Assembly: GCA_003210555.1 (NCBI GenBank)
Contig: QCUZ01000001.1
Span: 1-48,095, forward strand
Direction of reading: 5' to 3'
DNA from: Synechococcus sp. AG-683-A03
GTDB lineage: Bacteria; Cyanobacteriota; Cyanobacteriia; PCC-6307; Cyanobiaceae
DNA: 48,095 nt
Below the pieces are notes generated by a model. That model was not told the origin of the DNA. It saw nothing but the letters and a program-made list of their open reading frames with translations, and did not search any database. Position 1 is the stretch's first letter. Each line of letters begins with the position of its first letter. The position numbers and the translations under genes are program-made. Positions 12,161-22,053 of this stretch are shown in pieces.

Positions 12161-14326
12161 GTGCAAGGTCAGACGCAGTCGATCTCCTTTGACGGTCGGG
12201 AGATACGGCTGACCACAGGGCGGTATGCCCCCCAAGCCGGCGGCTCGGTAATGATTGAGTGCGGAGACACCTCCGTATTGGTCACGGCTACACGCTCCAC
12301 AGGTCGAGATGGAATTGATTTTCTTCCGCTGATCTGTGATTACGAAGAGCGCCTCTACGCAGCAGGCAGGATTCCTGGAAGTTTTATGCGGCGTGAGAGT
12401 CGTCCTCCTGAGCGCGCCACGCTGATTTGCCGACTGATCGATCGACCGATGCGTCCGCTGTTTCCCAGCTGGCTTCGGGATGATTTGCAGATTGTTGCGA
12501 CTTGCATGTCGCTGGATGAGCGGGTTCCTGCTGATGTGCTCGCTGTCACAGGGGCCTCCATGGCCACCCTCTTGGCAAAGATTCCCTTCTATGGGCCGAT
12601 GGCTGCTGTGCGCGTCGGTCTGCTGGGTGACGATTTTGTGCTTAATCCCAGCTACAGGGAGATTGAGCGCGGCGATCTAGATCTCGTTGTCGCTGGCACT
12701 CCACAAGGTGTAGTGATGGTGGAAGCCGGAGCGAATCAACTTCCTGAGGGGGATGTGATTGAAGCGATCGACTTTGGCTACGAAGCCGTTTCTGAGTTGA
12801 TCAAAGCTCAGCAATCCATCTTGAAAGAGGCTGGAATCGAGCAAGTGATTCCAGAGCCTCCTGAGCAAGACAAAACGCTTCCTGTTTATCTAGAGAAAGC
12901 TTGCAGCAAGTCGATTGGTGAGGTGCTCGGCCAGTTCGAGCAAACCAAGGCTGAGCGTGACGAAAAGCTGGATGCCATACGCAGCACAACGGCAGAAACG
13001 ATCCAGGGCCTCAAGGACTCCGATCCTGTTCGCGTTGCGGTGAGTGCCAACGGCAAGGCCCTTCCGAACAGTTTCAAAGCGCTCACCAAAACGTTGATGC
13101 GCCAGCAAATCCTTAAGGACGGCAAAAGGGTAGATGGTCGCACCCTTGATCAGGTGCGTCCGATCAGTGCCGCTGCAGGAGTGCTTCCGAAGCGAGTTCA
13201 TGGATCAGGTTTATTTCAACGCGGCCTTACCCAGGTGTTGTCGACCGCCACTCTCGGCACACCTAGTGATGCCCAGGAGATGGATGATCTCAATCCAAAC
13301 AACGAAAAAACCTACCTCCACCACTACAACTTCCCGGCTTATTCCGTTGGTGAGACCCGTCCGATGCGCTCTCCGGGACGCCGTGAAATTGGTCACGGTG
13401 CGTTGGCTGAACGGGCGATCGTGCCCGTGCTTCCCGCAAAAGACACCTTCCCCTACGTGGTGCGTGTTGTAAGCGAAGTGTTGAGCTCCAACGGTTCCAC
13501 CTCAATGGGGTCCGTGTGTGGAAGCACCTTGGCTCTGATGGATGCTGGTGTTCCTCTGAAGGCTCCCGTCAGTGGTGCGGCAATGGGCCTGATTAAGGAG
13601 GGTGATGAGGTCAAAATCCTCACCGATATTCAAGGCATTGAAGATTTCCTTGGCGACATGGACTTCAAAGTGGCGGGAACCGACAAGGGGATTACCGCTC
13701 TGCAAATGGACATGAAGATCACAGGTCTCCCTGTGAGCATCGTGGCTGATGCGGTGAATCAGGCACGTCCTGCACGTCTCCACATCCTCGAAAAGATGAT
13801 GGAGGCGATCGAAAGTCCTCGCGAGGGTCTCTCCCCTCACGCACCACGTCTACTGAGTTTCCGCATTGATCCTGAGCTGATTGGCACGGTGATCGGACCT
13901 GGTGGTCGCACCATCAAGAACATCACGGAGCGCACGAATACCAAGATCGATATCGAGGACAGTGGCATTGTCACCATTGCCTCCCACGACGGTGCTGCGG
14001 CAGAAGAAGCCCAGAAAATCATTGAAGGCCTCACCCGCAAGGTGAATGAGGGCGAAGTGTTTACGGGCTCGATTACTCGGATCATTCCGATTGGCGCCTT
14101 TGTGGAAATCCTTCCCGGCAAAGAGGGAATGATTCATATCTCACAGCTTTCTGAGGCACGGGTCGAGAAAGTTGAAGATGTGGTGAAGGTGGGTGATGAG
14201 GTCACCGTGCGCGTGCGTGAAATCGACAATCGCGGCCGTATCAACCTCACCCTGCGTGGCGTTCCTCAGAACGGTGAGTCTCCTGACTCACAACCTGCTC
14301 CCACGCCAGTCGCACCTCTTTCCTGA
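12161..14326 (+). CDS. pnp: Polyribonucleotide nucleotidyltransferase
   Basis: [53 protein letters not shown] and S1 domains. Confidence 0.98.
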   Translation: MQGQTQSISFDGREIRLTTGRYAPQAGGSVMIECGDTSVLVTATRSTGRDGIDFLPLICDYEERLYAAGRIPGSFMRRESRPPERATLICRLIDRPMRPLFPSWLRDDLQIVATCMSLDERVPADVLAVTGASMATLLAKIPFYGPMAAVRVGLLGDDFVLNPSYREIERGDLDLVVAGTPQGVVMVEAGANQLPEGDVIEAIDFGYEAVSELIKAQQSILKEAGIEQVIPEPPEQDKTLPVYLEKACSKSIGEVLGQFEQTKAERDEKLDAIRSTTAETIQGLKDSDPVRVAVSANGKALPNSFKALTKTLMRQQILKDGKRVDGRTLDQVRPISAAAGVLPKRVHGSGLFQRGLTQVLSTATLGTPSDAQEMDDLNPNNEKTYLHHYNFPAYSVGETRPMRSPGRREIGHGALAERAIVPVLPAKDTFPYVVRVVSEVLSSNGSTSMGSVCGSTLALMDAGVPLKAPVSGAAMGLIKEGDEVKILTDIQGIEDFLGDMDFKVAGTDKGITALQMDMKITGLPVSIVADAVNQARPARLHILEKMMEAIESPREGLSPHAPRLLSFRIDPELIGTVIGPGGRTIKNITERTNTKIDIEDSGIVTIASHDGAAAEEAQKIIEGLTRKVNEGEVFTGSITRIIPIGAFVEILPGKEGMIHISQLSEARVEKVEDVVKVGDEVTVRVREIDNRGRINLTLRGVPQNGESPDSQPAPTPVAPLS

Positions 14327-14343
14327 GAGGCGCCCAACCAGGC

Positions 14344-15261
14344 TCAAACCTGAAAACCTGGATCGATTAGCCCCATTGCCCGTGCCGCTTTCTCACACAA
14401 AGTGGCATGGGCCTTTCCATGGCTAGCGATCAAACAGCCGGCCTGGCGAACATCGCCGGTGTTGTAGGTGAGCTCTCTGCCGTCTGCATGGGTGAAGGCA
14501 CCTCCAGCTGCGAGTAGCACGGCTTCTGGAGCGGCCATATCCCAATCTTTCGGCGCACTTTTCCCAGACAGGGAGATGTACAAATCGGTTTCGCCGCGAA
14601 GGATCGTGGCCACTTTGCAGCCAACACTGCCCACGGCCTTCGAATCGCCAAGTTCTAGGGAGTTGATTAACTGTTCAAGTCGTTGATCTCTGTGACTGCG
14701 GCTTGCCACCAAGGTGAGCTCGTTGGTGACCTCTCGCTCACTGAAACGAACGGGCGTGCGCTCTCCGGAGCGGTTTTCGCACCAGGTGCCGTCACCCACC
14801 ACACCAATCCAAAGCTCTTCTCGTTCTGGCACTAGCACCACCCCAAGCACCGGCCGCTGCTGATGCACCAAGGCCAGATGCACGGCGTATTCCCCTGTGC
14901 CTTGCAGGAAATCTTTGGTCCCATCGAGTGGGTCCAAAATCCATAGCCACTCAGCAGCCAAGGGTTGTCCCTCCGTCAGTTGCTCTTTGGCCGTTTCTTC
15001 ACTGAGAAGGGTCCAATTGGCGGAGGGGAAGGATTCTTTTAATCCATCCAGGAGCCATTGATTGACCGCTAAATCAGCTGCGGACACAGGGCCCTCTCCA
15101 CCGTTGTCAACGCTGAGAGCTTTCGAAAAACCGTGGGGAGGCTGTTCTCCACGGGCATAGGCGCGCAGGATGTCTGCTGCTCCCCAGCTGAGAGGGCGAA
15201 GAACCTTTAAAACATCTTCCAGGTTGATACCGGCAAGAAGGGTCGGCGAGCTCGGCATCAT
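14344..15261 (-). CDS. cysQ: 3'(2'),5'-bisphosphate nucleotidase CysQ (inositol monophosphatase family)
   Basis: LLSEE, WILDPLDGTKDF, VASRSH, GSVGCK, WDMAAPEA. Start taken at MMPSS (15261) to avoid overlap with rsmI. Confidence 0.88.
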   Translation of the reverse strand: MMPSSPTLLAGINLEDVLKVLRPLSWGAADILRAYARGEQPPHGFSKALSVDNGGEGPVSAADLAVNQWLLDGLKESFPSANWTLLSEETAKEQLTEGQPLAAEWLWILDPLDGTKDFLQGTGEYAVHLALVHQQRPVLGVVLVPEREELWIGVVGDGTWCENRSGERTPVRFSEREVTNELTLVASRSHRDQRLEQLINSLELGDSKAVGSVGCKVATILRGETDLYISLSGKSAPKDWDMAAPEAVLLAAGGAFTHADGRELTYNTGDVRQAGCLIASHGKAHATLCEKAARAMGLIDPGFQV

Positions 15262-15284
15262 GGTTTGATCTGGGCGGAGCCATT

Positions 15285-16151
15285 GTGAAGCAACGCGCTG
15301 AACCTGCGGCCGGAGTGCTGTATGTCGTAGGCACTCCGATTGGCCATCTCGGTGACCTGTCACCTCGAGCGCGTGAGCTGTTGATCGCTGTGGACACGAT
15401 TGCTTGTGAGGACACCCGACACAGCGGCCAATTGCTGAGCCGCATCGGTTCAGCAGCTCGACGATGCTCCTTCCATCAGCACAACACCCGCACGAGGATT
15501 CCCCAATTGTTGCTGGAACTCGAAGAAGGTCGCAGCGTTGCGGTCATCAGTGATGCAGGTTTGCCAGGGATTAGTGATCCTGGGCAGGAATTGGTCGCTG
15601 CAGCGCGCGCCTCGGCTTTTGAGGTGATTTCTATCCCTGGTCCCTGTGCCGCGACAACGGCACTGGTGAGTAGCGGACTGCCAACGGACCGTTTTTGTTT
15701 CGAGGGTTTTCTCCCTGCAAAAGGCCGGGAACGGCGGGATCGACTGTCTCTCATTGCCTCTGAACCGCGCACCAGCGTGATTTACGAAGCCCCGCATCGG
15801 TTGTGCCAACTCCTGGACGAGCTGCTTGAGCTCTGCGGTGAGGAGCGCCCGTTACAAGTGGCTCGAGAGCTCACGAAGCGGCATGAGCAACAGGTGGGCC
15901 CAACCGTTGGAGCAGCGCGCGTGCATTTTCAAGAGCAGAGCCCACAGGGGGAATGCACAGTGGTGTTGGGTGGAGCCGTACCGGTAGAAATCGAAGCTTT
16001 GACTGACACACAGTGCTGTGAGCAGTTGCTTGCACTCACTGGGGAGGGGATGAGTGCTAAGGATGCGGCCAAGCTGCTGTCAAGCCAGATTGGACGCTCG
16101 AAACGCGAGCTCTACGCGTTGCTCCATGCGGTGAGCGACCAGTCAGAATGA
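15285..16151 (+). CDS. rsmI: 16S rRNA (cytidine1402-2'-O)-methyltransferase
   Basis: LYVVGTPIG.LGD, ACEDTR, SDAGLPGISDPG, FEGFLP, YEAPHR, RELTK.HE. Confidence 0.96.
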   Translation: MKQRAEPAAGVLYVVGTPIGHLGDLSPRARELLIAVDTIACEDTRHSGQLLSRIGSAARRCSFHQHNTRTRIPQLLLELEEGRSVAVISDAGLPGISDPGQELVAAARASAFEVISIPGPCAATTALVSSGLPTDRFCFEGFLPAKGRERRDRLSLIASEPRTSVIYEAPHRLCQLLDELLELCGEERPLQVARELTKRHEQQVGPTVGAARVHFQEQSPQGECTVVLGGAVPVEIEALTDTQCCEQLLALTGEGMSAKDAAKLLSSQIGRSKRELYALLHAVSDQSE

Positions 16152-16168
16152 GCACCTAAGAAGCGATT

Positions 16169-16405
16169 GTGATGCTCATCCGCCTGAGACTGCTTTTGTT
16201 GAGTCTGGGGAGCGGGCTAACGCTGTTGTTAGTGCTGTGCCTTGGCGCTCAGAATCTGAATGATCGCCATCGCCTCAATCTTGGCGTTGGTCAGTCAGCC
16301 CCGCTTCCCTCAGGCTTCATTGTTGGAATCAGCTTGGTGCTGGGGATTGTCAGTGGCGGCAGTGTGGCAGCGGTGTTGGCACCAGCTCCTGATCAAGATC
16401 GCTAG
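16169..16405 (+). CDS. Small membrane protein (LapA-like, conserved cyanobacterial)
   Basis: Two TM segments around GAQN...PLPSGF. Confidence 0.7.
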   Translation: MMLIRLRLLLLSLGSGLTLLLVLCLGAQNLNDRHRLNLGVGQSAPLPSGFIVGISLVLGIVSGGSVAAVLAPAPDQDR

Positions 16406-16406
16406 A

Positions 16407-17168
16407 TCAGGATTTGAGTGCGAATAGGGAGCCCTCAACGACTAAATGGGTGATCCCACGGGCGAGCAGGTAGGACGATGTTTGCTCAAAGACCTGAGTG
16501 TCTGGCACCTTGATCACGCGTTGACTGCGGCCGCATTGGCGTTTGGCGGCTCTTGGGCTTGCGTAGAGGCATAGAGCCTGGCGTTGCTGCTCTGAAGGAT
16601 CACTGAGGCCCAATTCAGGGAACTCACTGAGCGGCCGAGGATCGAGCTCCACCGTTTTGTCGACCAGCATGTAAACGCTGTCTGGCAAAAGTTCAGAGGC
16701 AAAGGGCCGGCAAATGACTTGTTGGGTGGTGACCTGAGGCAGATCGACGGGCAATACCGCTATTTCGTGGAAGACGTTGTCATCGCCTGTGTTGAAGATC
16801 TCATTCCCGTCGAGGTCAGCACCACCGAAATCATCGCCATTTCCATCACTGCCACCGCTCTCTTCATCTTCCTTCCCAATAGATAGATCTGTTGCGACGT
16901 CCTCGAGGCTGGTTTGTGCGCTCTCTGTAGGACTGTCTTCAGTGGTCTCGATTGCAGGCCCGCTGCCCTCCAGACCAGAGCTTTTTGCAGAACGCTGAAT
17001 TTTTAGCTCGGCGTACTCCTCAGGGCTGAGCAGCGACCTTACGGTTCGACTCACTGTGTTGGTGCTGCAGCCGTAGGCCGCGGCAATCTGGGAGCTTGTT
17101 TCTCCAGCGCGGTACCGCTCCACAATTTCCTGCTTGTGGCTGTCGTTAAGCCGGCTGGGGGCCATCAT
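16407..17168 (-). CDS. Conserved hypothetical protein with N-terminal helix-turn-helix
   Basis: KQEIVERYRAGETSSQIAAAYGCSTNTVSR HTH, acidic linker, C-terminal YMLVDKTVEL domain. Confidence 0.78.
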   Translation of the reverse strand: MMAPSRLNDSHKQEIVERYRAGETSSQIAAAYGCSTNTVSRTVRSLLSPEEYAELKIQRSAKSSGLEGSGPAIETTEDSPTESAQTSLEDVATDLSIGKEDEESGGSDGNGDDFGGADLDGNEIFNTGDDNVFHEIAVLPVDLPQVTTQQVICRPFASELLPDSVYMLVDKTVELDPRPLSEFPELGLSDPSEQQRQALCLYASPRAAKRQCGRSQRVIKVPDTQVFEQTSSYLLARGITHLVVEGSLFALKS

Positions 17169-17231
17169 CAGTACCGCACAGCTTTCAAGCTTAAGCGGGG
17201 TGGAGGACGTCGACTGTCAAAATGGGCGAAT

Positions 17232-17305
17232 GCTCCCTTAGCTCAGCTGGATAGAGCAACTGCCTTCTAAGCAGTCGGTCGCTGGTTCGAATCCAGCAGG
17301 GGGCG
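17232..17305 (+). tRNA. trnR-UCU: tRNA-Arg (anticodon UCU)
   Basis: Acceptor stem GCTCCCT/AGGGGGC, D-arm TAGCTCAGCTGGATAGAGC, anticodon arm ACTGC-CT-TCT-AA-GCAGT, T-arm GCTGGTTCGAATCCAGC. CCA not encoded in register. Confidence 0.97.
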
Positions 17306-17317
17306 TCCATCAAAGCG

Positions 17318-17351
17318 AGGGTTTTCAGCGAACGCTGAGCCCTTTTTTTTT
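17318..17351 (+). terminator. Terminator-like hairpin after tRNA-Arg
   Basis: AGGG-tt-TTCAGCG-aa-CGCTGAG-CCCT followed by a long T-run. Confidence 0.65.
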
Positions 17352-17658
17352 GCCAACGACTCCCCGGCCGGCGCATTAGGTGGTGGTGTTGAAGGCATGG
17401 GTCGTCTTTGTCCAGCGTCACTGCTCAAACCACAATTTATCAACCACTGGAAAGTCAGCAGTAATGGGAAATTGATAGGGATCCTGAAAAGAGCTGGACA
17501 CAACAGGCACACTTGCTAACGGCAATCAGCAGCTCTTGAAGTAAGTCCAACAGAGGCCAGATTTGTTAAACATGGAGTAAAGGCATCGGTCTTGTTTAGT
17601 CATACCTGTGTCTATCTACCCACCACTAAAAAGCCGACGAAGCGCCGAAAATGTAGCT

Positions 17659-18051
17659 ATGGAACTCGAAGCCTCATTTTTGGAAGATGCTTACCCAGGT
17701 GTGGACTTCTGGCAGGTTGAGAAGACCTTTGAGGTGAAGGTCAGGGTGATTGCTGAGGCGGAGACGCCAGAAGAGGAGCCATCAGTCTCATTCGCCAGAG
17801 CTGTGCTTGATAAGAGACTGCTTGGTGATGTCGAATTGCCTGACGAGGTCAACCGGTGGCTAACAGATTATTTTAAGCGGCATCCAGAAGCAGCAGATGT
17901 GTTTGATGACATGTGCAAAGAACTGGTGTTCAAGAGCGGAGGCAGGATTGCCGTTGATGGAGCGACAAGAGGATCAAACAAGGCTCTTGAGGATGATGAC
18001 CGCATAAGCCTCGCGCTCAAAGCAATGGGTCTTGATGGTGGTGACGACTAA
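17659..18051 (+). CDS. Acidic hypothetical protein
   Basis: Clean ~130-aa ORF with protein-like, D/E-rich composition; no family recognised. Confidence 0.65.
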   Translation: MELEASFLEDAYPGVDFWQVEKTFEVKVRVIAEAETPEEEPSVSFARAVLDKRLLGDVELPDEVNRWLTDYFKRHPEAADVFDDMCKELVFKSGGRIAVDGATRGSNKALEDDDRISLALKAMGLDGGDD

Positions 18052-18599
18052 AAAGAGCTGAGAGGTGGACTGCACCCTTAACAAGAACGGTGGACAGAAC
18101 ACGACTGAAGATAAAAACTATGGAGCGGTTTAAATCAGACGACTGGGTCTGCAATAAAAAGAATGCTCTTGGCGGGGCTAATTTTCTCGCAAGCATTGAA
18201 ATCAGGCAGTGTCAAATGTCAGCACCGCTCCTTAATCCATTCAGCAGCATTGGTTCTTCGAAGCCCTGCTGATTTTCTCCACTCGTTGCAAGCAACTTTG
18301 AGATCACCCAAATTTTATTTAGCAATACCACGATTGACTTATGCATTGGTATCATCAGGGTTGATCTTAATTGAATTTGTATAATCAGTAATCGCACCTT
18401 TATGGTCACCGTTGATGTATTTTGCAAAAGCTGAATTTATTTAATCAGTAGCTGCCTTTGCATAGGCTCTTTGCGTTTCCTGAGTCTTTGCAATCATCTT
18501 TTGTTTGACCAAGATCGGCAGGGCATGCCGGATGTTCGTTTTGATACCACTGGTATCCGGCTGTTAAACGAGTATTCGGCAATCTCTGAAGGTTTGTAG

Positions 18600-18899
18600 A
18601 TGGCACGTTTCATGATCCAGTGGTGCGCTCCCGATCCAACCAACGAGAATTACACCAAGGCGATCGTGGATTACATCAAGGGCGGCAAGCCCATGGATGA
18701 ATTTGCCGGTTTCAAGCTGCTTGCGCGTCAGATCCACCCTCAGACCGGTGGAGGCGTGCTCCTGGTGGAAGCTGACAATCTTGCCGTAGTCCAGAAGCAC
18801 ACCTATCCCTGGACCAAAGGGCTCGGTGTCACGGCGACGATCACCCCTGGCCTCAGCGATGAGGAGTATGTCGAGCTGGAGGAAAGCATGACCAGCTGA
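18600..18899 (+). CDS. DUF3303 family protein
   Basis: F.I.W start, G.KLL.R..P..G.G..LVEADN......PW......ITP..SDEE pattern. Confidence 0.78.
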   Translation: MARFMIQWCAPDPTNENYTKAIVDYIKGGKPMDEFAGFKLLARQIHPQTGGGVLLVEADNLAVVQKHTYPWTKGLGVTATITPGLSDEEYVELEESMTS

Positions 18900-18991
18900 G
18901 TTATTTTTCAGGATCGATTGGGAGCAGACCAGCAAGCGATTGCAAATGGTTGGGGTGATTCAGTAGGCAGAAGCATCAATACACCTGCAAC

Positions 18992-19017
18992 AAAGTGAGA
19001 GCACTGCTCTCACTTTT
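18992..19017. terminator. Perfect inverted repeat, probable bidirectional terminator
   Basis: AAAGTGAGAGC-act-GCTCTCACTTT(T). Confidence 0.65.
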
Positions 19018-19102
19018 ACGTCAACTCACCCTTGCGGAGGATTACAGCTGCAAGTGCCGATCAACGAGACCCCAGTCTTTCACTCAAAAATGTCCGTCAC
19101 CA

Positions 19103-19166
19103 CTGGGCTCGAATACTGCTGAATCACAGCAAGGGGTTTCAGCGAAACCTGAGCTTTTTTTATGCC
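19103..19166 (+). repeat. Degenerate direct repeat of the tRNA-Arg 3' end and flank (17283-17354)
   Basis: atcacagcaaggggtttcagcgaaacctgagc vs atcaaagcgagggttttcagcgaacgctgagc (27/32 identical by hand). Both are followed by a T-run and TGCC and preceded by ctgg..tcgaat. Confidence 0.7.
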
Positions 19167-19432
19167 GTGACGCATCTGCTCCTCGAGCAAGACCTCAATG
19201 CAGGGATTGACCGATATCCAAGGATTGTTCTGAGGTTTCTAGGCTGCACTGATTCATCAGCTGTTAGAAACTCAGCTGGGGCAATGGGAAATGTCATTCG
19301 GGTTGCCCGAGCTCCCGAGGAATGGTTTGAGTGCCAACTGGGCTAGTTTCATGATTCGTTATTAGCGAGAATGCTGACTATAAATAATATTTGGTTTAGG
19401 CTTATTCCGTGGACCAGTTTTTTGGTAGGAAT

Positions 19433-20565
19433 TTAATCTGTCCAGTCTGATTCGATCTGGTCAGTTAGCCCGCTGCGATTCATTTTTGATATTTCAATAT
19501 TAATGAGCCGCTTGAACTCAGTAGCAGCGGCTGATCCAAAGATAAATGCTTGAGGGGTTTTGTTTGGCTGCTGGTAGGAAGCCTCAAAGTTATCTGGATT
19601 TCCGACCTGTCGCAAATTGTGCTTGTAGGTTGTAATGTTCATCACAAAATGCCTCGCTTTGTCTCCCTTTGAGCTACTGATTTCTTCAAGCATTTCTGTC
19701 TTGGTGGAGACAAAACGAGGCGGAACTGAATAATTTTCTCTAATGCCAGCTCTTTTCATACGGCTCTCTATCCATTGCATATAAGAGGTGCCTTCCTGAA
19801 CCACAAGTCCTTCTTTGAGAAGCTTGATTAATTCATTGCTACCCAGTCTTGATGTGTTAAAAGTGATATTCTGCTCAAAAACGATTGAAGCTATTGTTCC
19901 TACTATTGCACCCATGAGAAGCATATGGAGAAGACTGGAAGAAAGGACTAGTAGATTTTCCCGTGTTCTTGAGCCCAGCAGTGTGTCTACGCCGTCATTG
20001 AGAATCAGAATTGTCCATAATCGAAAATACTTTCTCTGTTTATGGTCTTTTTCCTTTTAGAGTTTCGTTTTTGGACTTTCAATGCAAAGGCAGTGAGGCT
20101 TGTCACTAGAATCAATAAGATGCCGCATCGCAATATTATTTGGTTGTTAATTAGTTTTGAAGCAAGTGCCAGGGCTGGGCGTTGAGCGCGTCGGCTAATG
20201 ATGACAATCCCCCCAGATGTATATGGAACTGAGAACTCAACAAGCTGAAGACGCTCGGGAGTGATGTCATGACATGAAGCCACAATATCAACCTTGCCCT
20301 TGGCAGCCAACACTACAGCTTCGTCGTAAGTCTTAGATGTAATGACGCGATAGTCAATATTAAGCCTTTCTCTAATACGTCTCCATACGTCAATTGAATA
20401 TCCTTCCAAGTGATCATCTATCTTGTCCGAGCAGGGAAGATTGTTGTCTACAGTCCCAACAATGATGGACGTATTTTGTTGAGGCTTGTTTTTGGATTGC
20501 TGCTGAGAATATGTAGGCTGGCAAATTAGGAATAGAGTGATAATTGGAAATATAATTACAGCCAA
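19433..20565 (-). pseudogene. GluR0-like ligand-gated channel / SBP family 3 fusion, split by a -1 frameshift near 20005-20056
   Basis: ORF 20005-20565 has signal peptide, S1 lobe (EGYSIDVW, ITPERLQLVEFSVPY) and TM1. The alternative frame continues KYFRLWTILILNDGVDTLLGSRTRENLL into ORF 19433-19924 (TM2, S2 lobe). Confidence 0.75.
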
Positions 20566-21174
20566 TGAGGTGAATTCTTCTTGCCGAATGAAAAGAATCT
20601 CATGTTCGCCCCTGTGTTGACAATGGGTTAAAAGTATAATTTTTGAGTATTTCGGTGAGGGAAGGTTTTCCCCGGGCAGGTAATTTGTTTTGCTAAAATG
20701 CCTTCTTTGTTGTGACTTCTGTCACGCTCAATGCCTTTGAGTTGGTGATCACTGCGAGCATAAGCAGTATGTACATATGATCATTTTACCTTTTTGGGAT
20801 ATCTCTGAAGAGATAGAGGGGCAATCGTTGCAGGTTCATAGGAGGTGGATGAGGAGGAGATTGTAGGACTTTGAGGATATTGAAGACATAGTGCTTTTAG
20901 GATAAGCGTTATTCTGTCATCAATATCTCGAAGGCAGAAAATATCGGTACTGGATTTTAAACGAATCGGTTTCCCTGAACACCTAGCGTAGAAATAATGC
21001 TGAGATTGTCTTTATCTCTTGTTGCCATCATTTCTTGATGGGCTATGTTTCTGTTTCCTGTTAGTAGCCTTGATGAGAGGTGACTTCAATGGGTATAGTG
21101 GTTTTGTATGATTATGATAGAGCCCTTTGTAGTGCTAAAGAGTCGCGCTATAATGGATTAATTGCAACTTATTT

Positions 21175-21618
21175 ATGGATCTACGTACGGCAGGTGTTGT
21201 TATTCAGATCCTTAAATTAATGGCTGTTTCAGATGGGAATATTGCCCCTGAGGAGCAAGAACTATTGGAGTCTCTCAGTAAGTGCTACTTGAAAGAAGCT
21301 GATATTCCTTCTTGGGCTGCTGCTTTTAGTCACCCCAATGATTTAGAGCTTTTGGCGGAGGAGATTCCTGATGAATGTAGAGCCCTTACTGGAAAATTGG
21401 CATACATGGTGATTGCCTCTTCTAGGGATGCTTACCAATTCACTGTTAACTCCGATGAGCAACAGGCTTTTACCCGTCTCTGTGACACTCTTGGGCTTGA
21501 TCAAGACACCCAGAACGAACTGATTGTTCTGGCGAAAAATGAGCTTGCTAAGCGTCCAGGCCTTTGGGATGTCCTTTATTCGAGTTTTTCTTCTTCATTC
21601 GGTTTGGGCAGTGAGTAG
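21175..21618 (+). CDS. TerB-like (tellurite resistance fold) protein
   Basis: MAVSDGNIAPEEQELL and a second repeat, AYMVIASS...SDEQQAF..L...LGL. Confidence 0.7.
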   Translation: MDLRTAGVVIQILKLMAVSDGNIAPEEQELLESLSKCYLKEADIPSWAAAFSHPNDLELLAEEIPDECRALTGKLAYMVIASSRDAYQFTVNSDEQQAFTRLCDTLGLDQDTQNELIVLAKNELAKRPGLWDVLYSSFSSSFGLGSE

Positions 21619-22053
21619 CCCAAGCCCATTAATTAAATGCAGCACTGTTCAAGGGCCGCCTTGTTTGAGGTCATTAAAATTGAGGACTGTGCTTGCCTGT
21701 TTATTTTTCAAGGGCTTTGTTGAAAGCAAGTTGTAACTGAGGGCGCTAGGAGGCAACATTCGACCCTATTCGCCCGAAAATTGTTTTTGGTGCGATCGGA
21801 GTTCTGCGGACGCCGGGATTGCGGAGATGCTCCTCCTGCTGCAGATGGGCCGCGTCTGCCGGGGAGTTGGCTGCGACGGCTCTCAAATTGCGATCGACTG
21901 ACAAAAGGACAATCGGCTAGGTGGCTTAGTCTGCCAAGCAATTTCCAGAAAGCAAGACAGCAAAAGGCACAAAGGCTCTCTTTGGAGGAGCGGTGAGGGC
22001 TGCAGACTCAAATTTCATAGTCCTCAAGCAGAATCAATCCAAGGGAGGAAGTC

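Noticed and set aside
20566-21174. 600-bp AT-rich gap as a possible hidden gene
   Set aside because: The open stretches examined lack start codons or recognisable motifs. It is probably a divergent promoter region or decayed DNA.
21780-22010. GC-rich tract before DUF819 with fragments (GGAGA, CTCTCA, CAAAAGGAC) reminiscent of a glycine riboswitch
   Set aside because: The core CGCCGAAG and CTCTCAGG elements and the P1 pairing are missing. An Infernal scan would be needed.
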